In this document: piece by piece, positions 41,487 through 51,660 of the stretch
How positions within the stretch are numbered: position 1 is the stretch's first letter
Layout: each line of letters begins with the position of its first letter
NCBI GenBank assembly: GCA_964593235.1
Contig: CAZQGS010000026.1
Coordinates: 22,133 to 86,132 of the forward strand
Direction of reading: 5' to 3'
DNA: 64,000 nucleotides
Source of the DNA: an uncultured Gemmatimonadota bacterium
Lineage (GTDB): Bacteria; JAAXHH01
Notes under the pieces: generated by a model
What the model saw: the letters and a program-made list of their open reading frames with translations, nothing else
Told to the model about the DNA's origin: nothing
The model's database searches: none
Program-made: the position numbers and the translations under genes

Positions 41487-41962
41487 TAGATTTTTCTTCC
41501 AATAGAGAGAAGTAGCCTTTCCTTTAGTGCTCAATTCCCCTACGGTAATAGCCTGTTATAAGTTTATTTATCCAGTCAGCCTCAGTATACATAAAGAAAA
41601 GGAACAATTACAGCGCTAACGATATCAGCGGAAACAGAGACTTGAACGCCCCATAATAATTTATATAAGATGAAAAATTTTTATGGAATTAACAACTTTA
41701 TTGCGTTCCCACTTTAAGGACCGTTAAATCAGATTAAAAGGTTTTTGAAATACCTTTGGGGTTAATTTTACAATAGGTTTGTTAGTATTTTATTCTTAAT
41801 CTGGGGAAATTGTAACCTTTTGCTTGACTTTCATTTGGGAAACATTAGCTTGCTGACCGAAAATAGGCCTATGTTTGGATAATTTAGTGAAATTTATTAG
41901 CTGTTATTAATTATACTTAGCCTCCAAGCGCTATTCCCGCAGAAAGATCTCAAAGGAACCCC

Positions 41963-44167
41963 ATGCCGTTGTCCGACTCTCTGCCGGACCCAATACACAA
42001 GAAAATTGATCCGATACTCGATCCCAATGAAGAAATTCGATTGGCGTTGGAATCTGACTTAGATTCGGAAGGAAAATTTGTCCCTTCCTGGTTAGTTATT
42101 ACCGACCGTCAGGTTATGTCTCTCGGCCTTAACGGCAAAGGTGATGATATAGCCGTGCCGCTAGAGGAATTGAATAAGGTGTCAGTGGAGCCCCTTGTAG
42201 GTGGTTCATGCCTCGAAGTATCAACGAAAACAGATACAATACCATTAATACGATACTCCCATAGTAGGAATGATCGTTTTAATGAGGCTCATCGGGGCCT
42301 AGAACAGCAGATTAAAGATAAACCTTTCCTCATTAAGACGGATTTGCCACGCATTATTTGTGATAATTGTGGCCGTCGTTTACCGGTTAAAGATGGGTTA
42401 TGTCCAGCTTGCGTTAGTAAGTGGAGTATGCTAAAACGAATATGTTCTTATTTGAGAAGTTACAAAAAACATGCGATAGCTATGGTAGCTATATTTTCAG
42501 TATTAAGCCTTGCTGAGTTAGCCCCTCCCAAAGTAACACAGCTAATTATAGATGATGCTTTTGCCAGTAAAGATAAAGGACTATTGTTTTTTTATATCAT
42601 AATAATGGCTAGCTTGTTGGCTTTGCGTTGGATCAGTGAAATCTCTAATGGCTGGTTGTCGGCATGGTTAGGAGCTCGTGTGGTAGCAGATATACGGGAT
42701 CAGGTCTACCGTCACATAGAGTATCTGTCATTAGGGTTCCATGATAAACAGAAAACGGGGGCACTCCTTTCACGGGTAACTAACGACACCCGTAACGTAC
42801 GAGGTTTTCTCGTTGATGGGATGCCTTTTATCGTGCTTAGATGTTTCACGACGTTGGGGATTATTGGTATGTTATTTTATACTAACTGGATTTTAACTCT
42901 TTACATCCTGATTCCTGTGCCACTGATGATACTTTGGGGTAAATTTCTGTATCGCCGTCTTCGGATATTTTACACACGTCTTTATAGGCAATGGGAAGGA
43001 TTTTTTGCGCACATTCAGGAATCCTTGTCGGGAATCCGTATCGTAAAGGCTTTCGCACAAGAAACTAAGGAAGTTAACCGATTTAAAAGTAATGCTAGGG
43101 CTATGTTCGAACTTAGGTATTGGACAGAAAAGCAATGGATTAACTACTTTTCTACTATGGGACTTATAAATTTCCTGGGATTCGTTGTCGTCTGGTTTAT
43201 AGGAGGCCAGCAGGTTTTGGGTCAGGAGTTAACACTCGGTGAACTTATGCTATTTTACTTCTATCTACAAATGTTTTATGGGCCTCTACGCTGGCTTGGT
43301 AGAGTAAATAGTTGGATGACTCGGGCTATGAGCGCAGCTGAACGAATATTTGAAATAGTCGATACAGAACCGGAAGCCTATTCTAATCAAAATGCCAAAA
43401 GGATGGAAAACACACAGGGTGAAATAATTTTTGATAACGTAAGTTTTGGATATGAATCAGCACTGCCGGTTCTCAAGGATATCAGTTTACACATTCGCCC
43501 TGGTGAAATGGTAGGATTGGTTGGAAAGTCAGGTGCTGGAAAAAGTACAATGGTTAATTTAATATCTCGATTTTATGATGTAAATTATGGATCGATAAAA
43601 CTAGATGGAGTAGACCTACGAGATATTCGATTAGAAGATTTGCGGGGACATGTTGGTGTCGTCATGCAGGAACCAATCCTTTTTAGCGGGACAATTCGTG
43701 ACAACATTGCTTATGGAAGGCCAGAAGCAAGTTTTGAAGAAATAATGACGGCTGCTCGAGCAGCAAACGCTCATACTTTTATTTTGTCCAAACCATCAGG
43801 GTATGAAACATTTATTGGGGAGAAGGGGGCAGATCTTTCGGGTGGTGAAAGGCAGCGAATCACCATTGCCAGGGCAATTCTTCACGACCCTAAAATTTTG
43901 ATCTTAGATGAAGCGACCTCATCTGTAGACGCACAAACGGAAAAACAATTACAAGAAGCCATAGGGCGTTTAACCCAAGGGCGTACGACCATTGCTATAG
44001 CTCATCGGTTATCTACTCTTCGGGACGCAGATAAATTAGTGGTATTAGATCAAGGTTCTATCGTGGAAATTGGTACTCATGAAGAATTAATAAGAAAGCG
44101 AGGCCATTTCCACCAACTACTCCGGCTTCAACAGGCTGCCTCCCAAATTATGAAGAGAGTTAAATGA
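41963..44167 (+). CDS. ABC exporter half-transporter (TMD-NBD) with N-terminal bPH-like domain + CxxC..CxxC zinc ribbon, subunit 1
   Basis: 734 aa. Residues about 1-125 form a soluble domain (FVPSWLVITDRQVMSL... reminiscent of bacterial PH/YdbT-like domains). CDNCGRRLPVKDGLCPAC zinc ribbon. Six-TM type I exporter domain. NBD with Walker A GKSGAGKST, LSGGERQR, Walker B ILILDEATS. Confidence 0.8.
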   Translation: MPLSDSLPDPIHKKIDPILDPNEEIRLALESDLDSEGKFVPSWLVITDRQVMSLGLNGKGDDIAVPLEELNKVSVEPLVGGSCLEVSTKTDTIPLIRYSHSRNDRFNEAHRGLEQQIKDKPFLIKTDLPRIICDNCGRRLPVKDGLCPACVSKWSMLKRICSYLRSYKKHAIAMVAIFSVLSLAELAPPKVTQLIIDDAFASKDKGLLFFYIIIMASLLALRWISEISNGWLSAWLGARVVADIRDQVYRHIEYLSLGFHDKQKTGALLSRVTNDTRNVRGFLVDGMPFIVLRCFTTLGIIGMLFYTNWILTLYILIPVPLMILWGKFLYRRLRIFYTRLYRQWEGFFAHIQESLSGIRIVKAFAQETKEVNRFKSNARAMFELRYWTEKQWINYFSTMGLINFLGFVVVWFIGGQQVLGQELTLGELMLFYFYLQMFYGPLRWLGRVNSWMTRAMSAAERIFEIVDTEPEAYSNQNAKRMENTQGEIIFDNVSFGYESALPVLKDISLHIRPGEMVGLVGKSGAGKSTMVNLISRFYDVNYGSIKLDGVDLRDIRLEDLRGHVGVVMQEPILFSGTIRDNIAYGRPEASFEEIMTAARAANAHTFILSKPSGYETFIGEKGADLSGGERQRITIARAILHDPKILILDEATSSVDAQTEKQLQEAIGRLTQGRTTIAIAHRLSTLRDADKLVVLDQGSIVEIGTHEELIRKRGHFHQLLRLQQAASQIMKRVK

Positions 44168-44271
44168 TGTTTTTTAGCGCGTGGTACGGTCTAACAAGGT
44201 GAAGTTTTTCCACCAATTCGGATAGCATTGACAGGGAACTAATTTTACTGAAGAGATATGGAAATAGAAGA

Positions 44272-46551
44272 ATGCTAGGAAATAAAATCTACAAAGAAAA
44301 GATGCCGGTAATATTAAAAGAAAGTATCGAATCGGTTCTGCGTAATGGAGAAACCGTTATTATTGCGGCTGAAACTGACCTATCCAAAGATCTTAAATTT
44401 GAAAAACGTTGGTTAATAGTAACAAGTCAGCGTCTTATAGAGTTCGATCCAGGAAAGAAGAATATTTCTGAGGTTATTGAACTAGTGAATGTCCGTAAAA
44501 TTTTTATAGAAGATTTAGTTGGTTCGGCCAGGCTCAATGCAGAGATTGGGAATGAAATTGTTGAAATTGTACGTTTCACTCCCTCACTTCGTTCTAAGTT
44601 TGGGAACATTGTTCAAGGTATAGATCAGTTAATCAAGGATAAGCCTGTAAATTTAGATGTTGATATTGAAAAAAAACGTTGTGATAAGTGTAAAAGGCTT
44701 CTGCCCGACTCTTCGGGGTTTTGCCCATCCTGTCCAGATCGATTAGGGATGCTTCGACGAATTACGGGTTACATGGCTCCTTTTAAGGCTCGGGTTATAG
44801 TAATGGTTTCAATCTCGCTTCTGTATTCTCTTGCTGAACTTGGGCCACCTTACATAATGAAGAATATAATAGATGGTGTTCTAATCAATGCAGGTAGTGA
44901 TGTGTCGGAAGATGGGACCACCCTACTTTATCTTTTAGTCGCTGGGTTTGCGGTCATTCGACTAATTTCTTACGTATTAGAAATCATAGGCACCCGGCTC
45001 TCTTTATGGCTTGGAGGGCGGGTTACAGTATCTATTCGGGAGGAGCTATACGAAAACCTGTCGCGACTAAACATGAAATTTTATAACAAACGTAAAGTTG
45101 GATCACTGATTTCTCGTGTTTCTAATGACACAGAGAGCATGATGTCTTTTCTAGTAGATGGTGTGCCCTATATTCTGACGAATGCCCTCCTTCTAGTTGG
45201 AATATTGATTCTTCTTTTCGTCACGAGCTGGAAATTAACATTGCTCGTCCTTATTCCCATACCCTTGTTAATAATTGGTGGATGGTTCTTTTGGTATCGG
45301 CTGATCCGGGCCTATAGGAACAAATACTATAGGTGGAGCAAATTAATTGGCTTAACAAGCGAAATGCTCCACGCAGTACGCTTAATAAAAACGTTTGTGC
45401 AGGAAAAAAGAGAAATGGGACGTTTTAACGAAAACAATGAAGGTGTATTTAAAGGGGATTTTAATAGTGAAAAAGAAGCAGCTCTTTTCTTTGGAACGAT
45501 TAAAGTCATAACTTCTTCTGGCTTGGTTCTCGTCTGGTTCTACGGTGGCGAGGCCATTATCGATGAAACCTTCACACTGGGTTCTCTTATGATGTTTATA
45601 AGCTACTTATGGATGCTTTATGAACCTTTACAGTGGTTTGGTGAACTTAACACGTGGTCGAGTCGAGCTATGAGTGGCGCGGAAAAAGTTTTTGAAGTAA
45701 TCGATACTCCTGCTGAGACAGAAGATCAGAAAAACCCTGTTAAGATTCCTAGGATAAAAGGTCAGGTAGAATTTGAGAATGCTTATTTTTCTTATGAGAT
45801 TGGCACCCCAGTACTCCATGGAATAAACTTGTTAGTAAAGCCTGGAGAAATGATAGGTTTGGTAGGAAGATCAGGATCCGGAAAGTCCACATTAGTAAAT
45901 TTATTATGTCGATTTTACGATATAGATGAAGGTAAATTATCTATTGATGGTATTCCAATCAAAGATGTTAGATTAGAAGACCTGCGGCGCCAAATTGGAG
46001 TAGTATTGCAAGATTCTTTCTTTTTTAGTGGATCTATCGAAGAAAACATTCGGTATAGTAATCCCCAAGCTACTCTTGATCAAGTTATGACTGCAGCTCG
46101 AACAGCAAACGCTCATGACTTTATTTGTAGTAAACCAGACGGATATGATACTCGGATAGGTGATAATGGTAAGGGTTTGTCCGGAGGGGAAAAACAACGC
46201 TTATCAATAGCCCGAGCCATTCTACACAATCCCAGCATCCTAATTTTGGATGAGGCAACTTCTTCGGTTGATACCCATACAGAAAAACTGATTCAGGAAG
46301 CGATCGCTAACCTTGTCAAGGGTCGAACTACTTTCGCAATTGCCCATCGACTTTCTACACTACGAAGTGCTAATCGCTTGGTAGTTTTAGATGAAGGGAA
46401 CATTGTGGAAACTGGGAGCCACAACGAATTGATGGATTTGAAAGGCCATTTTTATCGTATGGTAGAAACACAGAGGAAAAGCACAGAAATAGTTGCTGTT
46501 AGTGGAAAGAAAAATTTAAGTAATAATCAAGTCATCGAGGTTAATAGATGA
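44272..46551 (+). CDS. ABC exporter half-transporter with N-terminal bPH-like domain + zinc ribbon, subunit 2 (paralogue; likely heterodimer partner)
   Basis: 759 aa, colinear with the previous protein including the N-terminal domain (KFEKRWLIVTSQRLIEF, IDQLIKDKP) and zinc ribbon (CDKCKRLLPDSSGFCPSC). Walker A GRSGSGKST, LSGGEKQR, ILILDEATS. Confidence 0.8.
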   Translation: MLGNKIYKEKMPVILKESIESVLRNGETVIIAAETDLSKDLKFEKRWLIVTSQRLIEFDPGKKNISEVIELVNVRKIFIEDLVGSARLNAEIGNEIVEIVRFTPSLRSKFGNIVQGIDQLIKDKPVNLDVDIEKKRCDKCKRLLPDSSGFCPSCPDRLGMLRRITGYMAPFKARVIVMVSISLLYSLAELGPPYIMKNIIDGVLINAGSDVSEDGTTLLYLLVAGFAVIRLISYVLEIIGTRLSLWLGGRVTVSIREELYENLSRLNMKFYNKRKVGSLISRVSNDTESMMSFLVDGVPYILTNALLLVGILILLFVTSWKLTLLVLIPIPLLIIGGWFFWYRLIRAYRNKYYRWSKLIGLTSEMLHAVRLIKTFVQEKREMGRFNENNEGVFKGDFNSEKEAALFFGTIKVITSSGLVLVWFYGGEAIIDETFTLGSLMMFISYLWMLYEPLQWFGELNTWSSRAMSGAEKVFEVIDTPAETEDQKNPVKIPRIKGQVEFENAYFSYEIGTPVLHGINLLVKPGEMIGLVGRSGSGKSTLVNLLCRFYDIDEGKLSIDGIPIKDVRLEDLRRQIGVVLQDSFFFSGSIEENIRYSNPQATLDQVMTAARTANAHDFICSKPDGYDTRIGDNGKGLSGGEKQRLSIARAILHNPSILILDEATSSVDTHTEKLIQEAIANLVKGRTTFAIAHRLSTLRSANRLVVLDEGNIVETGSHNELMDLKGHFYRMVETQRKSTEIVAVSGKKNLSNNQVIEVNR

Positions 46552-47096
46552 AAAAAGCAACAAAAACAGAAAAAGTGGAAATCTCTGAATTAGATATAGG
46601 GATAGAAAACGCCCCGACTGAACCTTATCTCGCCCATGAAATTAGGGTTTTCAGGGCTCCAAGTAATTCTGTCCGAATGACTGTACGCAATGAACGGTCC
46701 TATATAAGAGTCCGACCTGTACGAGCATCCCCAATAGCTCATCCCGAAACCTATGTTTCGCTACTTGATATTAAGAACGAAGAAGTTGCTTTCATTAAAA
46801 ATCTTGGTGATTTAGATGAAACATCACGAAAGGTTATAGAGGAAGAGTTAACTCATCGTTATTTAAAAGCCAAGATAGAGTGTATCTATTCTATACAGAT
46901 GGAATATGGTATTACTTACTGGGATGTAATGACGGACCGGGGGAAACGAGAATTCGTTATTAGGGGGTATGACAGCATACACTGGGTTACTAAAACCCGC
47001 CTTCTAATTACAGATGTAGATGGAAATCGTTTTGAAATTATCGACTACACCCAATTAGATCCTCTCAGTATCAACTTAATCGAAACTCATATCTGA
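46548..47096 (+). CDS. Soluble 182-aa protein translationally coupled to the ABC pair (possibly DUF1854-like; unverified)
   Basis: Its ATG overlaps the stop of the upstream ABC gene (ATGA). No TM segments. Basic/aromatic-rich, no catalytic motif recognisable by eye. Confidence 0.45.
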   Translation: MKKATKTEKVEISELDIGIENAPTEPYLAHEIRVFRAPSNSVRMTVRNERSYIRVRPVRASPIAHPETYVSLLDIKNEEVAFIKNLGDLDETSRKVIEEELTHRYLKAKIECIYSIQMEYGITYWDVMTDRGKREFVIRGYDSIHWVTKTRLLITDVDGNRFEIIDYTQLDPLSINLIETHI

Positions 47097-47181
47097 TCAA
47101 AGCTTTATAGAAGATTTTTTGTTTTGTACTGAAATATGAATAGCTTAGTATTAAGGCATAATATGTTATTGGAAGGGCGCT

Positions 47182-48021
47182 ATGGCAGACGAGGCAACCC
47201 GGAAAAAGTACAAACAACTTATTAAAAATGGATTCTGTATTTTTGATCAAGTCCTCGATCCCACCATGTTGGATAGAGTCCGGATGGTTTCTGATCAGTT
47301 ACTCAATCGTCAATCACAAGCTCATTTCAGGGAACAGAAATCCACTGGAAGTATGGTAAGTGTCTTTGATGATGTTTTTTTTGCTGAATTGGTATCGTAC
47401 CCACCTGCACTTTCTATTCTTTTTCGTCTTGGATTTGATCAACCTATTTGGTCCTCCGGATATATAATCAGCAAACCTCCAGGCAGCCCAGCCCTTTTTT
47501 GGCACCAGGATTGGTGGGGGTGGAATCATCCCTGCAGTTATAAACCTATCCCTCAACAAATTTTCCTTATGTATTACTTAGCTGATACAACTAAAAAAAA
47601 TGGATGCCTTAGAGTTATATCAGGATCTCACTTAAAACGTCATCCCATGCATAATCATGTTGATAAGGCACACACTGATGAACTAAGATCAATGGTTGAC
47701 CCTGAACATCCAGCGTACCAGCCAGTTGAGGGTGAATTAGATATTCCCGTTAAGGCTGGTGATTTGGTCATTGGGGATTCCCGGCTTCTACATGCAGCTC
47801 ACGGCAATAGTAGCGACTATCGACGAACAGTTATCACACTCTGGTATCTTCCATTATATTACCAATTGCCGGAGCCTATCCAAGCTTTTGTTGGGCGAAA
47901 TGTTCTTCCAGAAAAATGGTTAAATAGTGATGTGGGCCAAATAAAACCACTGACTGCTGTTTATGAGGGGTGTGAAGAGCCTATTGTTTGGAACCGAACA
48001 CCGAGTTCAGCTCTTAAGTAA
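47182..48021 (+). CDS. Phytanoyl-CoA dioxygenase (PhyH) family Fe(II)/2-oxoglutarate oxygenase
   Basis: 279 aa. HQDWWGW... (HxD) and ...LLHAAHGNSS (distal His) consistent with a PhyH-type double-stranded beta-helix. Confidence 0.7.
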   Translation: MADEATRKKYKQLIKNGFCIFDQVLDPTMLDRVRMVSDQLLNRQSQAHFREQKSTGSMVSVFDDVFFAELVSYPPALSILFRLGFDQPIWSSGYIISKPPGSPALFWHQDWWGWNHPCSYKPIPQQIFLMYYLADTTKKNGCLRVISGSHLKRHPMHNHVDKAHTDELRSMVDPEHPAYQPVEGELDIPVKAGDLVIGDSRLLHAAHGNSSDYRRTVITLWYLPLYYQLPEPIQAFVGRNVLPEKWLNSDVGQIKPLTAVYEGCEEPIVWNRTPSSALK

Positions 48022-48137
48022 GTAAACGACCCAATTTAAACTTTGTACTTAAGGGTAGACAGAAATTTCTTGTTATAAGTCCAAAGGACCTCCTGATTTG
48101 GTAGGTTTGTTTATCACAAAGGGTAACAGTTATTATT

Positions 48138-49580
48138 ATGAATAACTGTATTATGTATCAAGAAGCTTTCAGACCACAGTTCCACTTTACGGCTAATAAA
48201 CATTGGATAAACGATCCAAATGGATTGGTCTATTTTGATGGGGAATACCATCTTTACTTTCAACACACGCCAGGTAGTATGGTCCATGGTAGAACTACCT
48301 GGGGTCATGCTATTAGTACAAACCTCATTAATTGGGTTCAGTTGCATACCAAAGCATTAGACGTTGATGAAATGGGTTGGATGTGGTCTGGATCAGCAGC
48401 GGTTGATCATACTAATACGGGTGGTTTTCAGATTGGTAAAAACCCTCCTATGATAGCATTTTATACTGCAGGGGGAGCCAAAATGTATCCCACTAAACAG
48501 TGTGTTCAATGTATCGCTTTCAGTAATGATAGGGGGCGCTCCTGGACCAAATACGAGAGAAACCCTATTCTCGGGCATATCATAGGAGAAAACAGGGATC
48601 CAAAGGTTATTTGGCATAAGGGATCTCAGCAGTGGATTATGGCACTATTCCTTGATAATAATGACTATGCTATTTTTTCGTCTCAAGATTTAAAAACTTG
48701 GCGTCACCTACAAGATTTGACTTTACCTGGTGTTTCAGAATGTCCAGATCTATTTGAATTACCAGTGGATAACGATAGTACTAATACAAAGTGGGTGTTT
48801 TGGGGTGCAAGCGGGGGATATGTTATTGGAGACTTTAACGGAAAAGGTTTTACACAACAAACTGACGTACTGCAATCAGAATTTGGTAGCAACGGTTATG
48901 CAGCTCAGACCTGGAGCGATATACCAGATAAGGACGGCAGACGAATTCAAATTTCCTGGATGCGGGACGGCCAGTATCCAGGGATGCCTTTCAATCAGCA
49001 GATGTCATTTCCTGTAGAGTTGACGCTCCGAAGAACCATAGCTCAAGAAATTAGGTTATTCAGAGAGCCAATTCGAGAACTTGGATTACTTTATGCTAAT
49101 ACCTACACCTGGCCAGCAGGAGATCTTGCTGAGATGGCAATAGAACAATTTAATCTACGATACGCCTCAGGAAGTATTAGTCCTTATAGAGTTACTAATA
49201 GACAGGAAGCCGAATCTGTACTCATTATAGCTGATGAAGGAGAATTATTCGATGTACATATGGAACTTGAGTTAGATCAAGGGAAGAGCGTAGAAATTGA
49301 AGTGCAAGGGCATCCTTTAAAATATGATGGACGAAAAGAACAATTAGTATTTTCGGGAAAAAACGCACGTTTGAGAAAAATAAAAAAAGTTATTAAACTA
49401 CAGCTTCTTGTGGATCGAACCTCTATAGAAATTTTTGGTAATGACGGAGAGGTTACGATGTCGTTCTGCTTTCTTCCCAAAGCAAACAACTACCCATTAA
49501 CAATGAGAACTATAGATGGTGGTGTCCGTATAGTTTCCTTAACAGTCCACCGCCTTCGATCTGCCTGGGAGGATAGTTAG
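48138..49580 (+). CDS. Glycoside hydrolase family 32 (beta-fructofuranosidase/levanase/inulinase-like)
   Basis: 480 aa. GH32 nucleophile motif WINDPNGL, RDPKV motif, ECPDLF acid/base motif, C-terminal beta-sandwich. No obvious signal peptide. Confidence 0.85.
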   Translation: MNNCIMYQEAFRPQFHFTANKHWINDPNGLVYFDGEYHLYFQHTPGSMVHGRTTWGHAISTNLINWVQLHTKALDVDEMGWMWSGSAAVDHTNTGGFQIGKNPPMIAFYTAGGAKMYPTKQCVQCIAFSNDRGRSWTKYERNPILGHIIGENRDPKVIWHKGSQQWIMALFLDNNDYAIFSSQDLKTWRHLQDLTLPGVSECPDLFELPVDNDSTNTKWVFWGASGGYVIGDFNGKGFTQQTDVLQSEFGSNGYAAQTWSDIPDKDGRRIQISWMRDGQYPGMPFNQQMSFPVELTLRRTIAQEIRLFREPIRELGLLYANTYTWPAGDLAEMAIEQFNLRYASGSISPYRVTNRQEAESVLIIADEGELFDVHMELELDQGKSVEIEVQGHPLKYDGRKEQLVFSGKNARLRKIKKVIKLQLLVDRTSIEIFGNDGEVTMSFCFLPKANNYPLTMRTIDGGVRIVSLTVHRLRSAWEDS

Positions 49581-49676
49581 TTATTAGAGTATAACCCTTT
49601 TTAAGAAGCACTTCAGATTGATTTAGCCTCTGCCAAAACCATTTTATGTTCTGTAAAATTGCGATAGCTATCTGGT

Positions 49677-50414
49677 TCAACCAAATGCATCACAAAACTT
49701 TTGTGAACGGGTGTTCAGAAGGTTGTAAAAAGCCCGAACTTCTGAATCAGGGTGGTCTCGCCAGAAACCTGTGGGTATAGTTGTAAACTGGCTAAGGACA
49801 CCACCGTCTCTATGCCCATAGTATAACTGAACAGTTTTACGCTCATGAATGGTACGTCGCACTGTAGCAGCATGTACCACCGAGAGATTGAAAAGTATTA
49901 CCGTGCCAGGTGGCCCATAAATGTGTACTTTCCCGCGTTGTTGGATCTGTTCCTTTATAGGGAGGATGGGACTATCATAGGATTCTGGTGATATTGAAAA
50001 ACAGTGAGTCTTTTCATTAACTTCTGATAGATACAACATCATGTGAATAAATCCGCAGCGGTATGGCCGGTCTTTTATATGATCATGATCTCGGTGCCAT
50101 TCTTCAACAGGTTCTCCATCATGGGGGGTCATATGACGTAGGCATGCTTCTGCAAGACAACTTGGTCCCTTCAAGATAATTTCAATTGGATCTAGAAGTT
50201 TAGGGTGGCGAATCAAACTGTCAAAGTCTGGTGAAGAGATTAGGGGATCACAATTTACCCTTTGGTGTCCATTAAACGCTATAGGGTGCCAGAAATATTC
50301 AGAATCAGATAGATCTCGATCATAAAGTTCGGTATAATATTGCAATTCTGCATCAGAGAATACGCCCTCCAGTTGGACATACCCGTTACGTTCAAAAAAA
50401 TCGAGATCTACCAT
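49677..50414 (-). CDS. Second PhyH-family Fe(II)/2OG oxygenase
   Basis: 245 aa. EEWHRDHDHIKD (HxD) and ...LSVVHAATV distal His; PhyH-like. Confidence 0.6.
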   Translation of the reverse strand: MVDLDFFERNGYVQLEGVFSDAELQYYTELYDRDLSDSEYFWHPIAFNGHQRVNCDPLISSPDFDSLIRHPKLLDPIEIILKGPSCLAEACLRHMTPHDGEPVEEWHRDHDHIKDRPYRCGFIHMMLYLSEVNEKTHCFSISPESYDSPILPIKEQIQQRGKVHIYGPPGTVILFNLSVVHAATVRRTIHERKTVQLYYGHRDGGVLSQFTTIPTGFWRDHPDSEVRAFYNLLNTRSQKFCDAFG

Positions 50415-50490
50415 GATAGTCAGTTCCTTACACTATTTGAGGATCTATCTTAAAGTGATGGAAACTATAGTTAGTTGGGAACATTTTTCT

Positions 50491-51588
50491 TTAATCGAAA
50501 TCAATAATAGCCTGGAAGATTTTTAAAAAAAGTGCTCGATCCTCTGGTTTTCCTATTGTTACTCGGATAAGCTGATCTAATTCAGGGGCAGAAGGTTTTC
50601 TCAAAAAAATGCCTTTCTCAGTAAAAGCTTTCATTGCCAAATTAGCCTGTGCGCTAGATCCAAAATCAAAAGCTACAAAATTAGTCTGAGAAGGTACAGT
50701 TGAGATTCCATTTTTTTGGGCTATCTCTTGGTATTCTAGGCGTCCTTGATCAACAGCATTAACTACGTTTCTAATAAAGCTCGAATCATGAAGCGAAGCT
50801 AGAGCTCCGATTTGGGCTAAAAGGTTAACACCGAAATGCAGACGGACTTTATCAAAAACACGAATTATGTCTTTGTTTCCGATAGCATACCCGACTCGAG
50901 CTCCAGCCATTCCATGGGCTTTGGAAAAAGTACGTAAACGAACTATTCTAGGATCAGTCATGTCAAATGGAAGCGTTGTATCAGAGGGAACAAAATCTAT
51001 GTAAGCTTCATCAAGTACAAACAAACAATTTGGAGGCATACGATCTAAAAGATCACCTATTGAGTTGTAGCCGAAATAAGAACCAGTAGGGTTGTCAGGA
51101 TTTGCCAAATAAAGAATAGAGGGGCTATATTTTGTCGCAACGTCCGTTAGAGCAACCAAATCATTCCTATTATGACGGTAGGGTACTGTTTTTAGTGTGC
51201 CGCCGAAACCACGGACATGATAGGCGAATGTTGGGTATGAACCCTCCGATGCTATTACAATATCACCGGGGTTCATATACATCCGAACAATTAAACCCAA
51301 TAGGTCGTCTATTCCAGCTCCCAAAACTATATTTTCGGATTTAACCCCGTGATGAGTAGCCAATGCAGCTCGAAGCTCATACCCTTCTGGATCACAGTAA
51401 GAGGGAATACCACTAACGGCATCCCTCATAGCCCCAACAGCCAAAGGTGATATACCAAAAGCACTTTCGTTGGCTCCGATACGTACAATAAACTTTTTAC
51501 CTTGTTGGCGTTCAATAGTTTCCGGCCCGATAAAGGGAGCATTCGAAGGTAGATCCGAGACTATTTTGGAGTAGGGTATTTTGGGCAT
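50491..51588 (-). CDS. Class I/II PLP aminotransferase, histidinol-phosphate aminotransferase-like
   Basis: 365 aa. ANPDNPTG, FSKAHGMAGARVGY (PLP-Lys context), HisC-like length. Confidence 0.7.
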   Translation of the reverse strand: MPKIPYSKIVSDLPSNAPFIGPETIERQQGKKFIVRIGANESAFGISPLAVGAMRDAVSGIPSYCDPEGYELRAALATHHGVKSENIVLGAGIDDLLGLIVRMYMNPGDIVIASEGSYPTFAYHVRGFGGTLKTVPYRHNRNDLVALTDVATKYSPSILYLANPDNPTGSYFGYNSIGDLLDRMPPNCLFVLDEAYIDFVPSDTTLPFDMTDPRIVRLRTFSKAHGMAGARVGYAIGNKDIIRVFDKVRLHFGVNLLAQIGALASLHDSSFIRNVVNAVDQGRLEYQEIAQKNGISTVPSQTNFVAFDFGSSAQANLAMKAFTEKGIFLRKPSAPELDQLIRVTIGKPEDRALFLKIFQAIIDFD

Positions 51589-51660
51589 CTTTTTTATCAG
51601 AGTTTATAACATATTGTGACGAGGAGAGTCCCTTAATTATTATTATCTACTGGAACTTCT

